DNA of 46,216 bases, counting the filler, from Jimgerdemannia flammicorona (taxonomy: Eukaryota), in NCBI GenBank assembly GCA_003990765.1. It is 2 parts of 2 records of this genome, joined end to end, with 100 filler letters (N's around TTAATTAATTAA, not from the genome) between each part and the next. Parts side by side here need not be neighbours in the genome. Positions count along the whole stretch, not along the records: positions 1 to 23,067 come from RBNJ01001164.1; 1 more part is not named here. One strand, given 5' to 3'. The notes beneath the pieces were generated by a model that saw nothing but the letters and a program-made list of their open reading frames with translations, searched no databases and was not told the DNA's origin. Each line of letters opens with the position of its first letter. Position 1 is the first letter of the stretch. Below are positions 11,240 through 23,167 of this stretch, one piece after another. The translations under genes and the position numbers were made by a program.

Positions 11240-12010
11240 AACTAGTCGAATTTTGACAAACTAGAGAAAATACACATAATGCACGGATTTCTCTCTTTTT
11301 AGATCGGCTTTGGCCTTCGGCTTTGAAATACAGATATAAAATGCCGAGAAAGACAACAGGTATGGTTGTCCGACCGAGGAATGAAGGAGGCGGATGCCTT
11401 GAAAAGCTCTTAAAATATTCTCCATGGTGCATTCATACTAGTTACCAGTCATCGCCATTAAATCCTTCAAATCTAATGTGACGATTAGTAGTGCAAAAAT
11501 ATTTCAATAAGCTAAGTGAACTATTAGCTCTTTTGTTTCTTTCATTCAGGTTTAGCCTTTATGTGGATACTTCACTTTTTCCGTTTTTTTTTTTTAAAAA
11601 AAAAACAATGTTCGCAAGCCTACCGCCATCGCGACAAATTGCAAATAGCAGTCTCTTCATAATTATTAAGCAGCCAACTTCCCACTGATTCAGCCAGATG
11701 CACATAATTGTAACATAATTTATGTGACTCCGTAGCAGCATGTCGTCTTATTTGTATTCGCATTTTGTCCTGATTCACAACAAACACCATTTTGCGGCGA
11801 CGGAGACAGCGGCTGAACTGTACAAGAGTATTTGCGACAGTTCTCTTCAAATCCATCGAGCTTGTCAAGCGAAGTGCCAAAAACGTTGTGTATCTGGCTT
11901 CGCGTGCGACAATGTTGATTTAAACAGGTGGTCCGGTTGTATGAGAATACGTAAATACCGGAGTGCAAAAATTAGATCCTCCCAACCAGTAGTGGCTTCG
12001 TCGTCACGGC
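11240..12010 (-). pseudogene. Possible NB-ARC-like domain relic upstream of the TPR array
   Basis: Colinear weak motifs: LLVGR, possible eroded Walker A (~11840-11870), GSWLLNNYEE (resembles WLL..DN), SFLGRTTIPVVFL and IRALCVFSLV (winged-helix-region-like). Confidence 0.45.
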
Positions 12011-12648
12011 TTCAACCATCTATTGAATAAAGTGCTGTAACCATCACTTAATGAATCTTATCGAATTGGCCAAATTCTCATCTAACCTGACCCTGGATAG
12101 CCAGGTTTGGGTCACTTTTGTAATTTTTTCTTTGCCGTGAACAGCTTTCGGCTGATATATTATTTTCGTGCTCGCGTGCACATACCTCGCCTCTCACCCT
12201 CTCAGGGTGGTGTACATGCATGACCGCTATAAATATAAAAGCGACATCTTATCAAAAATTGCATTATCATAGGCAACCACGGGGATGAACCTTGCGATAC
12301 ATGAAAACCGGTGTCGGATGAAAGAAATGTGACAGTACATCGGCGGACGAAATGAGAAGTTTAAAGGACACCAGCGCGGCCGAAACTGTGCACTGGATGT
12401 GGTCCTAGTGGCCTAAATGGAATGTTACTACCAGCCATATGATTACATTGGCAAATGGTGGAGGTGCGTAAAAGGGAAGATCCTAAAGCAATGTGGTGGT
12501 AGTCAATCGGAGTAAAATAATTCACACGTGAACTTTGTAATCCGTCTCCCTGTGCGCCGAATTCGCAGCATATATAATTAGAATGACCACGGCCAATTTT
12601 AAATCCTCGTTCTACTCCTTTGCTAACCCACCCGCTACCAACGGCCAC

Positions 12649-12690
12649 CCGTGAATACCAGACCGTGAATACCGGACCATGAATACCGAG
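12649..12690. repeat. 3 x 14-bp tandem repeat (CCGTGAATACC(A/G)GA)
   Basis: Read directly. Confidence 0.9.
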
Positions 12691-12894
12691 TCGTGGATGA
12701 TAATAGATTGGATGAGTAAATTATCATATGTAAATTATTGTATGTGTATTTTGGGCGTATGCATGCATGAGGAATGTTTCAGACTCGAATGCTTTGCATC
12801 GGTCAGTTCGAAGAAAGAAATTATACTTACCTCGCGGTCGAAGGGCCTACATGGGATATGTCCATGCTTGAGGGCCCTGCGCGAGTAGAGATGG

Positions 12895-13205
12895 AATGCC
12901 AGCCCATGGTCCATGAATCCTGCACTACCGCGGTCATATATGTCCTACGCGGGTCTTAGTGGGCCGATCCTCGTCATGGGGGTGAAGCCAGGCCATGGTC
13001 ATGGAGCCCTGCACTACCGCAGTCTTGGGTCGCATGAAGCGGCCTATGCAGGTCGTCGTGGGCCAGCTCTGTGTCATGGTGGCAAAGAAATAGGGCCAAA
13101 CAGTGGCGTAATATCATAAATGCCAGCCCATGGTCCTCAAATCCTGCACTACCATGATCGTATATATCGTACGTGGGTCTTGGTGGGCCGATTCTCATTA
13201 CGGGG
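12895..13205. repeat. ~87-bp direct repeat pair (12895-12982, 13119-13205) with a partial third copy (~12987-13025)
   Basis: Both read aatgccagcccatggtcc...aatcctgcactacc...gggtctt.gtgggccgat...gggg. Confidence 0.85.
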
Positions 13206-16200
13206 ATACCCACTGAATTAAGAGTCATTCAGAAGCTGGTAGAATGGAACCATCTGAGTTATAGAGGTTGTTGAGGGTGCAGAAGTCAAAGAAGCTGCAT
13301 TGGCCAGCAGAATATGACTGTCTCATAGAGTCTGTCAAGCTGAACCATAGGAAGAATGCAGTGAGAGACAAAAGACCAAGATACTTGGGAGGGAGCCTGA
13401 TATAGTTGGGGTCTGATCAGTGTGAGGAGCAAGGGAGTGGAAGTGTGGAAAATCAAAGTGGGATATTATATCAGTGATAGCATTAAGGTGAGAGAGAATG
13501 AAGAATGTACATACTGAAACGAGTATGGCACCTAGAAGCAGTAATTGGTGAAGCAGTTCAAGAAGTTTAGAGTTGTGAGAGGTACCTAATTGATGCAAAA
13601 CATTGCTGCTTGATTGTTGATATGTATATAGATGTAGCAGAAGCACCAGCATGGACCCCAGATAGCAGCAATAATAACAACAGCATATAGCTCTTTGAAT
13701 TAGATATCCTCTATGAGGAGTTCTGTAGGCCAGGGGAAAGAAAACCAGACTCTATCAAAAAGACTACAAAATCTAGAGTACCACTTATGTCTATCTAGAA
13801 GTAGTCATCAATAACATTCTCTCAAGGATTGATGATCACAATACTATTCCATAATATGTATCAGAAATTGAGAACACTACTATAAGTTAGTAAAGAAGTC
13901 TACTGATAGATTAATATAGTGATCAGGGTGGATAATAGAGATAGAGATATTGATAAAGTGATACAGGAAGGGCCAGCTCTGTAAGATGACACAATATATA
14001 TAAGAGAGAGATCTAATGAGCAAGAGTATTTCTTATTTGATAGCTGTTGCTTAGGTGGTATTGATAGGAGATTGACTGTGGAAGCTAGTTATTATTGAGA
14101 GGATAGATTGGATCTTTTTATCTAATAGTCATACTTTTATATTTATAGTATCAATTCCAATACCTAGAAATAGAATATAGATCAATAGGCCTTCAATCTT
14201 ATTATTTCAGACTAAAAAACCAATAGTATAGCAGATGGATAATAGAAGGCAGAGAGGTGTAGATACATGAGGTGAGTGGCAGACTCCAAGAGTATCAATA
14301 ATATACTAGATGATATCATTCAAGCCATGATGCCTGAAAAGCCATTTGAGCATTTTGCCAAATATATTATAAAGGAATAGAGAGGATTGTAGACCAAATA
14401 GGAGGAACCAATCAAAGTAGAAGAGACTGTATCAGTGGAAACCAAGAAGTTTCCAGTCTTTTGGATAAACTATGATATATTAAAGATATTTGCCAGATTT
14501 ATCTTAACACTTTTCAAGATGCTGTACTATATCAAGTATCTGATTAAAGATTATATATATTAGAGTAAAATTTGTCAGATGAAATAATATCATTGATAGA
14601 TATACTATGAGATCAAGATAAGTAGTAGATATAGTACCACATTATAGATTTCTTCTTAACAATAGTCTCCAGCAGTGATGTCTAAAAGTTCTGAAATAGA
14701 GAATAGAGAAAGGGGCCTGCAATACAATCAGTAGCAACCTCTATTAAAATGTCATTTGAGATTGCTTGGAGAAAGGTATATATTGAGAGCAGGTTGTAAT
14801 ATCTTTGAGAATAGTACAGGTCTACAAAACTAATATGAATACCTTGGCAAAGTGAGAGTAAGATGGTAAATAACAGGTAGTGGTTGCAGAATGTTATTGC
14901 CTAGATATCAGCTTAAAGGAGAACTATTGAGAGAGAAAAGATATCTAAGATATGTTTGGCTAATATCAGAGAAGTAGTGAGAGGTATTTGATAGTTATGA
15001 AGAAAGAGGTAAATATGATGAGAGAGAGTATATTGGGGTAGAAGAGAGAGCTATAATAAGATCTACCAATTCACTTATAATATTCTATAAAGTGCATTCA
15101 AATATACTATAATATTTTCCACAGTGAGAGTATTGGTGTTGAAAAGATATTATTGGTGATTGTAGTCCATAATAGAGGCATTGATGGTGCCAGAACAATT
15201 AATGTAGTTAAAAGTATAATAAATATTTAATAGCAGATATAGTTGATTGTATTAAGAGAGTCTGGATAAATAGGAGGATCTTGAGACAATAGGTGAGAGA
15301 TATTCAATAGAATGGCAGAGAGAATGAGAGAGAAGGTGTAAAGATATTAGCTTGCTATTCTGCAAAGCCCAAGCTATATAAGCTATATGAAAAAGAGGAG
15401 ATGTGATCTGTTGAGTATGAAATTTGAGATAATAATCAAGGAGTACCTCTTATTGATAATCACTGTTCAATTAAATGATATGGGAAATATAATAAAAGAA
15501 TACAGTTGGGTTGGTGAGATATGGGAAAGTATTATAAAGAATGATACAGCAGATTGAGTAATATGAGGAGGTTGGGAAAATTCTTAATAATCATAACTAC
15601 CCCTAAACATAGAATACAAGAAAGAGTGGCAGGGTCAATTTCCTTGATAAAATGGAGTTTGTGAGGGATAATAGCAGAGAGAGAGTAGATGATAAGCTTT
15701 CTCAGATCATATAGGTAAAAAGTGTTGTGAATGATAGCAGAAATAGTAGTAGGATTCATACTGAGATATTTAATAAGAATAGAGATATTATATATAAATA
15801 TAAAAGAGGACACACCTGAGGACATTATATCTGATATCAAGACAGCCATTGAAATAGGTACTGTCATTATAATTATAAATGATCTCATAGCACTTACTAT
15901 ATATAGAAAATAAGTAGAGTACTAGAAATAGAGATAGAATACCAGAATAGTATAGAGCTCCAGGGTGGGCTATAGAGGAAGCATCAGTGAGAAAGGGTTG
16001 GGTACTGCAAAGGTCTAGTGATACTGAGAGTAAAACAGCTATAGATAAGAGAGATGGCTAGAAAATAGATGTAACAGTTGAGAGAACTAGGTAGTATAGG
16101 ATTAACTCTAATATCTGAGATATAAAATAGTTGGAGATGGTAATTCCCAGAAATCTGACTGGAGACTAGATAAATATCTAAGACCTAACTAGAGACTGAA

Positions 16201-16680
16201 GGAGTACCTAAAATGAAAATTAGTATAGAATAAGAAATGGTCATTATTGGGATAATACTTAAAGTAGATTCAGTAAGATAATCTGGATCAGTTGTAGGAT
16301 GAAGGGTGATCATTGAGACTCAGATTTTTTCAAGACAGTGAAGTAAGGTATCAATAATCTGGTCTTATTTAGCAATATGAGTATCATAGTTAAAGTCTAT
16401 AAGTATAGGCTATAATGTAGAAGATGAGCCAGTGATGTCAGAAGAAGGTAGATATCAAGACATATTATAGCAATTGTAAAGTTAGTGAAAGATTAGTAAA
16501 TTGATAGTATTATTATTGTCAGTACATACAGTAATAGCAGCTATTATAATCTTAAGATTATGGAATAAGAGACATATATAGAGTCAGTAGTATATCATCT
16601 TGGAAAGTTGTCACCAGCAGTACAGCAGACTTGGTAAGTATGGTGCAGATGGGCTATAAATAAGCTTTACTTGTGTGAAT
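13206..16680 (-). mobile_element. Degenerate DIRS-order (Ngaro-like) tyrosine-recombinase retrotransposon; YR truncated
   Basis: Minus strand: gag zinc-finger relic (~15100-15150, SFQHQYSHCGK...C); RT (PKDWKLLGFH...FYFDWFLLFGLQSS, ~14380-14500); RNase H (FKELYAVV...IWGP...INNQAA); then the YR N-terminus (AFFLWFSLTDSMRQSYSAGQCSFFDFC...ILPASE) ending abruptly at ~13206. The 5' limit is approximate. Confidence 0.85.
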
Positions 16681-17009
16681 TGATAGAGATTGAGTTATAG
16701 ATATATATATTCAATTATTTGTATTTATTAGTTTCCTATTTATTTATTATTATTTGGAAGTAAGTAAAAGTGAATATGTTATATAAAATGAAATATGTAG
16801 TGATAATGATTGAGTGTAAAGAGAAGAAGACAGAGTATTGAATATATAAGTAAATTCTATACTATATATATATATAGATTACCTAATCAGATAAATATAC
16901 TATCTCTTCAAGATCTCTTCATCAATATAGAAGTATATAGTCAAAAACAGAATATGTCCAAAATGGGCAAAATCCTGAATTCTGAAATATATATATAATT
17001 AGAAGAAGA

Positions 17010-18627
17010 AGGGGTTGAGGAGGGAGAGCAGCCTACTAGATACTTGTCTAGGCTCCTCCTAGCTAGGAGAGTGCAACATTGATGGGATGGGGTCTTTGAT
17101 GCTGAGGGGGAGATGGTGAATGGTATGCAACAGATCCTGGGGATATTGAAGGAGAAATGGCAGGGTCTGTAGAGTAAGAAGAAAGGGGGTGTAGATGAGG
17201 AGGCAATTGGAGACACTCTGGAGGAGTGAGAACCACTGCAGGTTGAGGGACCTGGTGACTTGATCCTTTCAGTCCAAGAGGAGAAGATCCAGAGAGTCCT
17301 TATGGCAACTAAGCTTGGTACAGTATCTGGGGAGGATGGGTTACCTTGGGATTTTTGGAAGAAGATGGTGAAGGTCTCTGGAGTATTAGGGGAGATAGCA
17401 GCCCTCTGTGACCATGTGCTTTTGAATGGTGAGTGGGTTGGCAAGCAGAACTTGGGGCTGGTGGCCTTATTGTACAAAGACAAAGAGAGGAGGGAGGATT
17501 GGAAGAACTGGAGACCAATCATGCTTCTGGATATAGATAGGAAGTTAGTAACTAAGGTGATTGTTGCAAGGCTATAGATGGTTGCCCAACAGGTACTGGG
17601 GGAGGAGCAGTGGGGCTTTGTTGATGGCAGGCTTATCAGGGATGGGACTGCCTAGGTGTATAGCATAATTGAAGGGGTATGGGTTTGTGGACTGGATGGA
17701 AGACTGGTCTTTCTGGACTAGGAGAAAGCCTATTATCATGTTCAGCAGGTATGACTGGGCAAGGTTCTAGATAGGATTGGTGTCCCTCCATGTTTTTGGG
17801 CTTCTATGTTGAATCTGTTAGAGGACAGTCAGGCTGCACTAATGTGTAATGGTCACAGGGGTCTGGCATTTCCCTTGGATAGAGGAGTTCCCCAGGGGGA
17901 TCCACTGTCTCCTATTCTCTATGCTCTCTCATTGGAACCATTGATGGATAGGATTTGATGGAAAGTGGCAGAGCTCATTATATATGGTGTAGTGTGGAAG
18001 GTAGGGGCTTTTGCTGATGACATGGTAGTTGGCCTTGGCTTGGTAGTGGACATTGAGGCACTTAAGGAGACAGTAGAATAGTATGAGACACACTTGGGGG
18101 TAAAACTCAACTGGCATAAGTGTGAGACAATGGTGTTGGGAAATGAGCTTGTGAGAGGGGACATCATTGGAACAATTGTCCCTACAGGAGAGGTGGTGTG
18201 GTATCTGGATATCTTTCTTTCTGTATATAGTTCTGTCCTGCCACAAGTATGGTAAGAGAGGAGGGTGACTATTTGGGGAGAGGCTCTTCAAGGTTGGGGA
18301 GGTCACCACATCTCCCTGATAGGATAGGTGTCAATTCTGAATATCTACTGGTTCTCCAAGCTTTGGTATGTGACCTATCACTTAGACTTCCCAGCTTGGG
18401 TAGTGAAGAGGCTAACAAAACTAACTAGAGATTGGATTTGGGCAGGGAGGAGGTCCCAGGATACTCTTGCAATACCAGTGGTTAGGGGAGGACTAGGCCT
18501 TATGGATTTCCCTAAGAGGCTGTACTGTCTGCAAGCTTGGTGGTTGAAAAGGGCTGTTGAACTGCAGGGAGGGGATTGGGTGCCACTGATGCAGAAGATG
18601 TGGGAGATGAGAGTCTCTTCTCAAAGG
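17010..18627 (+). mobile_element. LINE family A copy 2 (ORF2 RT region, truncated at both ends)
   Basis: EEGEQPTRYLS, WKNWRPIMLLDIDRK, GVPQGDPLSP, AFADD, NIYWFSKLWY; close to copy 4 but with stops. Confidence 0.92.
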
Positions 18628-21600
18628 AGGAATGAGATGAGTCCATGAGGAGGAGCACTTTGGTGGACCCAGAGGTTGGGGTTGAAAGGGTCACCCAGGG
18701 GGTTGCAGAGGCAGTGAATGAGGAGAAGTGGCTGTGGAAGATACTGGAGGGGGTGGCTGCAGAGAAGCTGGGGGGAGAGGACTTCTGGGTTATGGGCAAT
18801 AGGTATTGAGAGAAAATTCTTCATGGAGAGAAGGTACCAAGGAAGGTTAGGAATGAGATTCTGGTAGTTCTCTTGAAATCAGTTGAGTATCAAGTGGATG
18901 ATCAGAGGGAGGCAGAGCTTTGAGTAATTGTGAATGACAGGGCAGCATACTTGTGGGGTTTGAGGAAGGGGTTGGAGAAGTGGAAAGTGGTCTATGTGGA
19001 TTATCAGACTGAAATGAAAGTGGTGGATAGAGTGGAGTATCAGGAAATCTTAGAGGTATTAGATGCTCAGGCTATAGTAGAAGAGGATCTAGAAGCAGAG
19101 TAGTGCTTGAATCTGGTTGAGGATGAGATGAGCATGGAATACTAGGTTGGGTTCTCAACATCAAACATTATTCAATATGAACAGTACAACTAGAATATTC
19201 ACTTTGAATATAAATGGGTTGAGAGGTGTAGCTTGGTGAAGGTATATATTTGGTTGGCTCAAGAGACTGAATGCAGATCTTTTCTTACTGCAGAATATAT
19301 ATTATGAGGTGGAAGTAGACTTACAGGATTGGACTAGAGAATGGGGGGGGGGCAGCAGTATGGTCTGGGTGGGTGGGCATTCTGATTAGAAAAGGGATGG
19401 GGGACATTGGTGATATTGGACATTGGGGGAGTAGGTTGGTGTGGGGAGTGTGGAAGAGGTCTGGATGGAGCCCTTTGACTGTTGGGTCATATTACTACCT
19501 GGTAGAGAGGGGGGAATGAGTAGATTGGATTAGAAATTTGCAAGAGAAGAGTATTATGAGTGAGGCTGGGATTGATTGCCTGGGGGGTGACTTTAATATA
19601 GTACAAGATAATGTGATGAATAGGACTGATGGTGGGAGAGAATTGGAGGACAGAAGTGGCAGGTTGGAGGACTGGATAGAGGTAGAGAGGCTGAGTTCTC
19701 TGGTTGATTTGGGAAGGTAGTTTTGGGAGGATCGTCAAATTTATACTTACTGGGTAATAGGGCTGGGCTCCAGGATCAACTGGATATTAATGGCAGAATG
19801 CTGGGGAGTGGATGTCTGGGCTGCACTGGAGGTGGTTTAGTGCCCATGGTCAGATCTCTGGGGTCTGATAGGGAAGGGGAGGTTTGGGGGAAGTGGAGAT
19901 GGGCCTGGACATTGGTATCTGAATTCTTCTTTGTTGGAGGATGGGTCTTTATGAGTGGACTGGGAGGTGGAGGTTATTGGGAAAATTAGTCAGTGGTGGA
20001 AACAGGGTCTGGTGATTGGGGATCACTGGCAGAGGCTGAAATTGAGTGCTCAGAGATATTGGAGGGAGGCAAAGAAAGGATGGAGTAGTCAGCAGTGGCA
20101 GAGAGTGCAATGGGCTTCACAGCAATTGGTGGCTCTTCTGGAGAGTTGGGCAGGGGTGTAAGAGGATTGAGAGGAGGCCAACTGGTGTATTCTGCAGATT
20201 CAAAAGGAAGTTGAGGAGCTTAAGGAAGTGATATGAATAGAGGAAGAGGTTAAGCTGAAGGGGATGGTGGTGAGGCTGCAGTGGCAAGGGTTGGAGGAGA
20301 GAGAGTGGTCCACTAGGTTTTTATCATGGTTGCTCCAAGTATAGAGAACTAAACAATGGTGGGAGGATATCTTGGATGAGGATGGGAAGATGGTGGTGGG
20401 GACTCTGGCAATTCTGAGATTGCTGAGGACTCACTGGGGGAACTTATGGAGTGAGAAAGAAGGGGGTGAAGATGTCCTGAATATTGAGCATCAGTTGGAG
20501 GATTGGCATCTAGATCCTGCATTAGGTCTGGGGACACTGGAGGTTCTGGTGAGATGAGAGGAAGTGTGTACAGTTTTGGCTGTGACAAGCAAGGGGACTG
20601 CTCCAGGAGATAATGGATTGCCCTGGGATTTTTGGAAGAAGATGGCTGGGGTAGCAGTGGCTCTGGAGGAAATGGTGGCAATGTGTGATGAGGTGCTTCG
20701 ATCTGGAGCTTAGATTGGGGGCCAGCATCTAGGGCTGGTCTCCTTGCTCTATAAGAATAAGGGGAGAAGAGAAGATTAAAAGAACTGGAGACCAATCATG
20801 CTTCTGGACATAGACTGCAAGTTGGTGATGAAGATCTTGGTGACTAGGCTGCAGGAGATCACTCAGCAGGTACTAGGAGTGGAACAGAGAGGATTTATTA
20901 ATAGTTGGTTGATCTGAGATAGTACTGCCTAAGTCCATAGGGTGATTGAAGAGGCCAGGGCTGCTGGGGTGGATGGTCAGCTTGTGTTCCTGGATCAGGA
21001 GAAGGCATATAACAGAGTAAGAAGAGTCTGGCTGGAGGGAGTATTGAAAAGGGTGGGAGTTCCCCTGGGGTGCAGGAGGGCATTAATCAGTTTATTGGAG
21101 GGCAGTCATACAGCTCTTGTAGTGAATAGGTACAGGGGTGAGACTTTTCCACTAGGGCATAGGGTGCCACAAGGAGACCCTTTATTACCCATCCTTTATA
21201 CTCTTTCCTTGGAGCCCCTGTTGGACAGAATCTGACATCAAATTGGGGGTTTGGATATTTTGGAGATTAACTGGAAGGTGGGGGCATTTGCTGATGATAT
21301 GGTGGTTGGACTGGGCTCTTTGGAGGATGTGGAGGAACTGAGGAGGATGGTGAAATAGTATGAGAGGGACTTGGGTACTTGACTCAATTGGCACAAGTAT
21401 GAGACTCTGGTGTTAGGTAATAATATTATTGAAGGTTATGTGATTGGGACAGTGGTTCCAGCATAAAAACCAGTCTGATACTTAGAGATATACTTTTTGA
21501 TATATGGGTCCCTTCTGCCCTATGGGTGGTGGGAAAGATAGTTACTTATATAGGGGAATGAGCTCATATAGTGGAGTGGTGGCATATATCTCTGGCAGGA

Positions 21601-21906
21601 AGGGTAATGGTGCTGAATGTGTATTGGTTGCCAAAGTTGTGGTTATGGGGTACCATTTGAACTTTCTGGCATGGGTGGTCCAGCAACTTCTGAAGATAGT
21701 AAGGTCATGGATCTGGGCTGGGAGGCAAAGTCAGATAGGTTGGGAGGTTCTCACTCTACCTGTTGACTGAGGGGGACTGGGCTTGGTGGATTTTATCAAG
21801 CACCTTCATTGTCTGCAAGTATGGTGGCTAAAGAGAGTGAGTGAGCTGTAGGACTAGAAGTGGGTACCACTTATGCAGAGGTTGTGAGAAGTTCAGTCCT
21901 TTCTCC
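18628..21906 (+). mobile_element. LINE family A copy 3 (ORF1 3' part, APE endonuclease, RT; 3' truncated; diverged subfamily)
   Basis: ORF2 ATG 19177 (MNSTTRIFTLNINGLRG), LGGDFN, FLDQEKAYNRV, VPQGDPL, AFADD; multiple stops. Confidence 0.9.
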
Positions 21907-23067
21907 ACTACCTTACCAGTTACAATAGTTTGGTAGGCAACCTTCTGAGTCCACTTCCACAATTATTACCTCCTCTACCTTAGGTTGATTTGCTGTATCT
22001 GCTGCAGAGTAGTGGGGGGAAAGCAATGGTGATGAGTTGCCTCTTTATGGTATCAGATTGGTATCTTCTCCACTTTTTTGCAGTTTCTGGTGCCTTTGAC
22101 TGTGTCTGAAGTGTATTTGTTTTGGTGCAGCACCTTCTTCCTTTTGCCATTACCAACAAGGTGCTGTCTCGGTATGTCATGGGTTATATAGGGAGTTGGC
22201 CAACCTTAGACATCAAGTGCTCAGTGTAGGTTACCTGCAGGTCCTCAGTGTCTGTGGTGGAGCTCTCTGGCTTTGGCAAGCTTCCTGGCAAGTGTGGTTC
22301 TGATATAGGTGACTGCTTTTTGGGTGTTGTCAGGATGGGAGGGGAGATGGCTATCATAGATAGGAGGAAGAGTAATAATGGTGAACTAGTAGAGTGCCAG
22401 ACTGGGGGTGGTCATTGGGGCTGGAGCAGGTACTGCTTCAGTGGGGCCTTTTGATTGGTGCAGAGCAGTTAGATAATAGGTATCACTCTTGACTTCTTTT
22501 GGCAATTCAGCAGGTGAGGCCCCAGTCATTAGGGGGGGTTGGGGGGCCTAAGGCTACCCATTTCAGATATCTTGACTGTACTCAACTGAAACTGAGAGCT
22601 GATATGGCAACGTGATCGAGACCCACAGGCTTGAGTAGTGGGGTATTGGGGGTTTCCTCTTACCTTACATATAAGTCCTTTACTCACCTTGACTGGGAGA
22701 ACCAGGCCCTACCCACTATGATGTACTTTGATGAGAGTTTTTCTTTACCTGTCATTCTCTTTGAGATGGCAGGGGCTATTCTATTCGGCTTGGACATGGC
22801 CTTATACATATGTTGGGGTCTTGGGCATGCACTTTCGGTCATTGGCATATAGCTGAGTTCCCCCTGGTGGTAGGGAGAGCATGGTGCACAGAATGAGGTA
22901 TGGGCCAACATAGGCCCTGCTGCACCTGGCATGGTCAAGCTACTGGACAATAGCTAGTCTAGGTTAATGGGGGAAGAGTGCTTAATGGGTGGTAGGGGAG
23001 GGTTTTGGCCTATATAGTCTAGATTCCCTTCCAATAAAAATCTATGAGACATTGAGTCTGTTAAAAA
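21907..23067 (+). mobile_element. 3' part of the family B poly(A) retroposon
   Basis: Not alignable to family A; CpG-depleted; ends in the same 3' sequence and AATAAA as 44-109, with A's running into the gap. Confidence 0.6.
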
Positions 23068-23167
23068 NNNNNNNNNNNNNNNNNNNNNNNNNNNNNNNNN
23101 NNNNNNNNNNNTTAATTAATTAANNNNNNNNNNNNNNNNNNNNNNNNNNNNNNNNNNNNNNNNNNNN
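23068..23167. other. Artificial assembly spacer N44-TTAATTAATTAA-N44
   Basis: Exactly 100 bp, symmetric, with a six-frame stop linker at 23112-23123. Confidence 0.95.

Noticed and set aside
12649..13205. CRISPR-like array
   Set aside because: Repeats are tandem or irregular without unique equal-length spacers; eukaryotic context and no cas genes.
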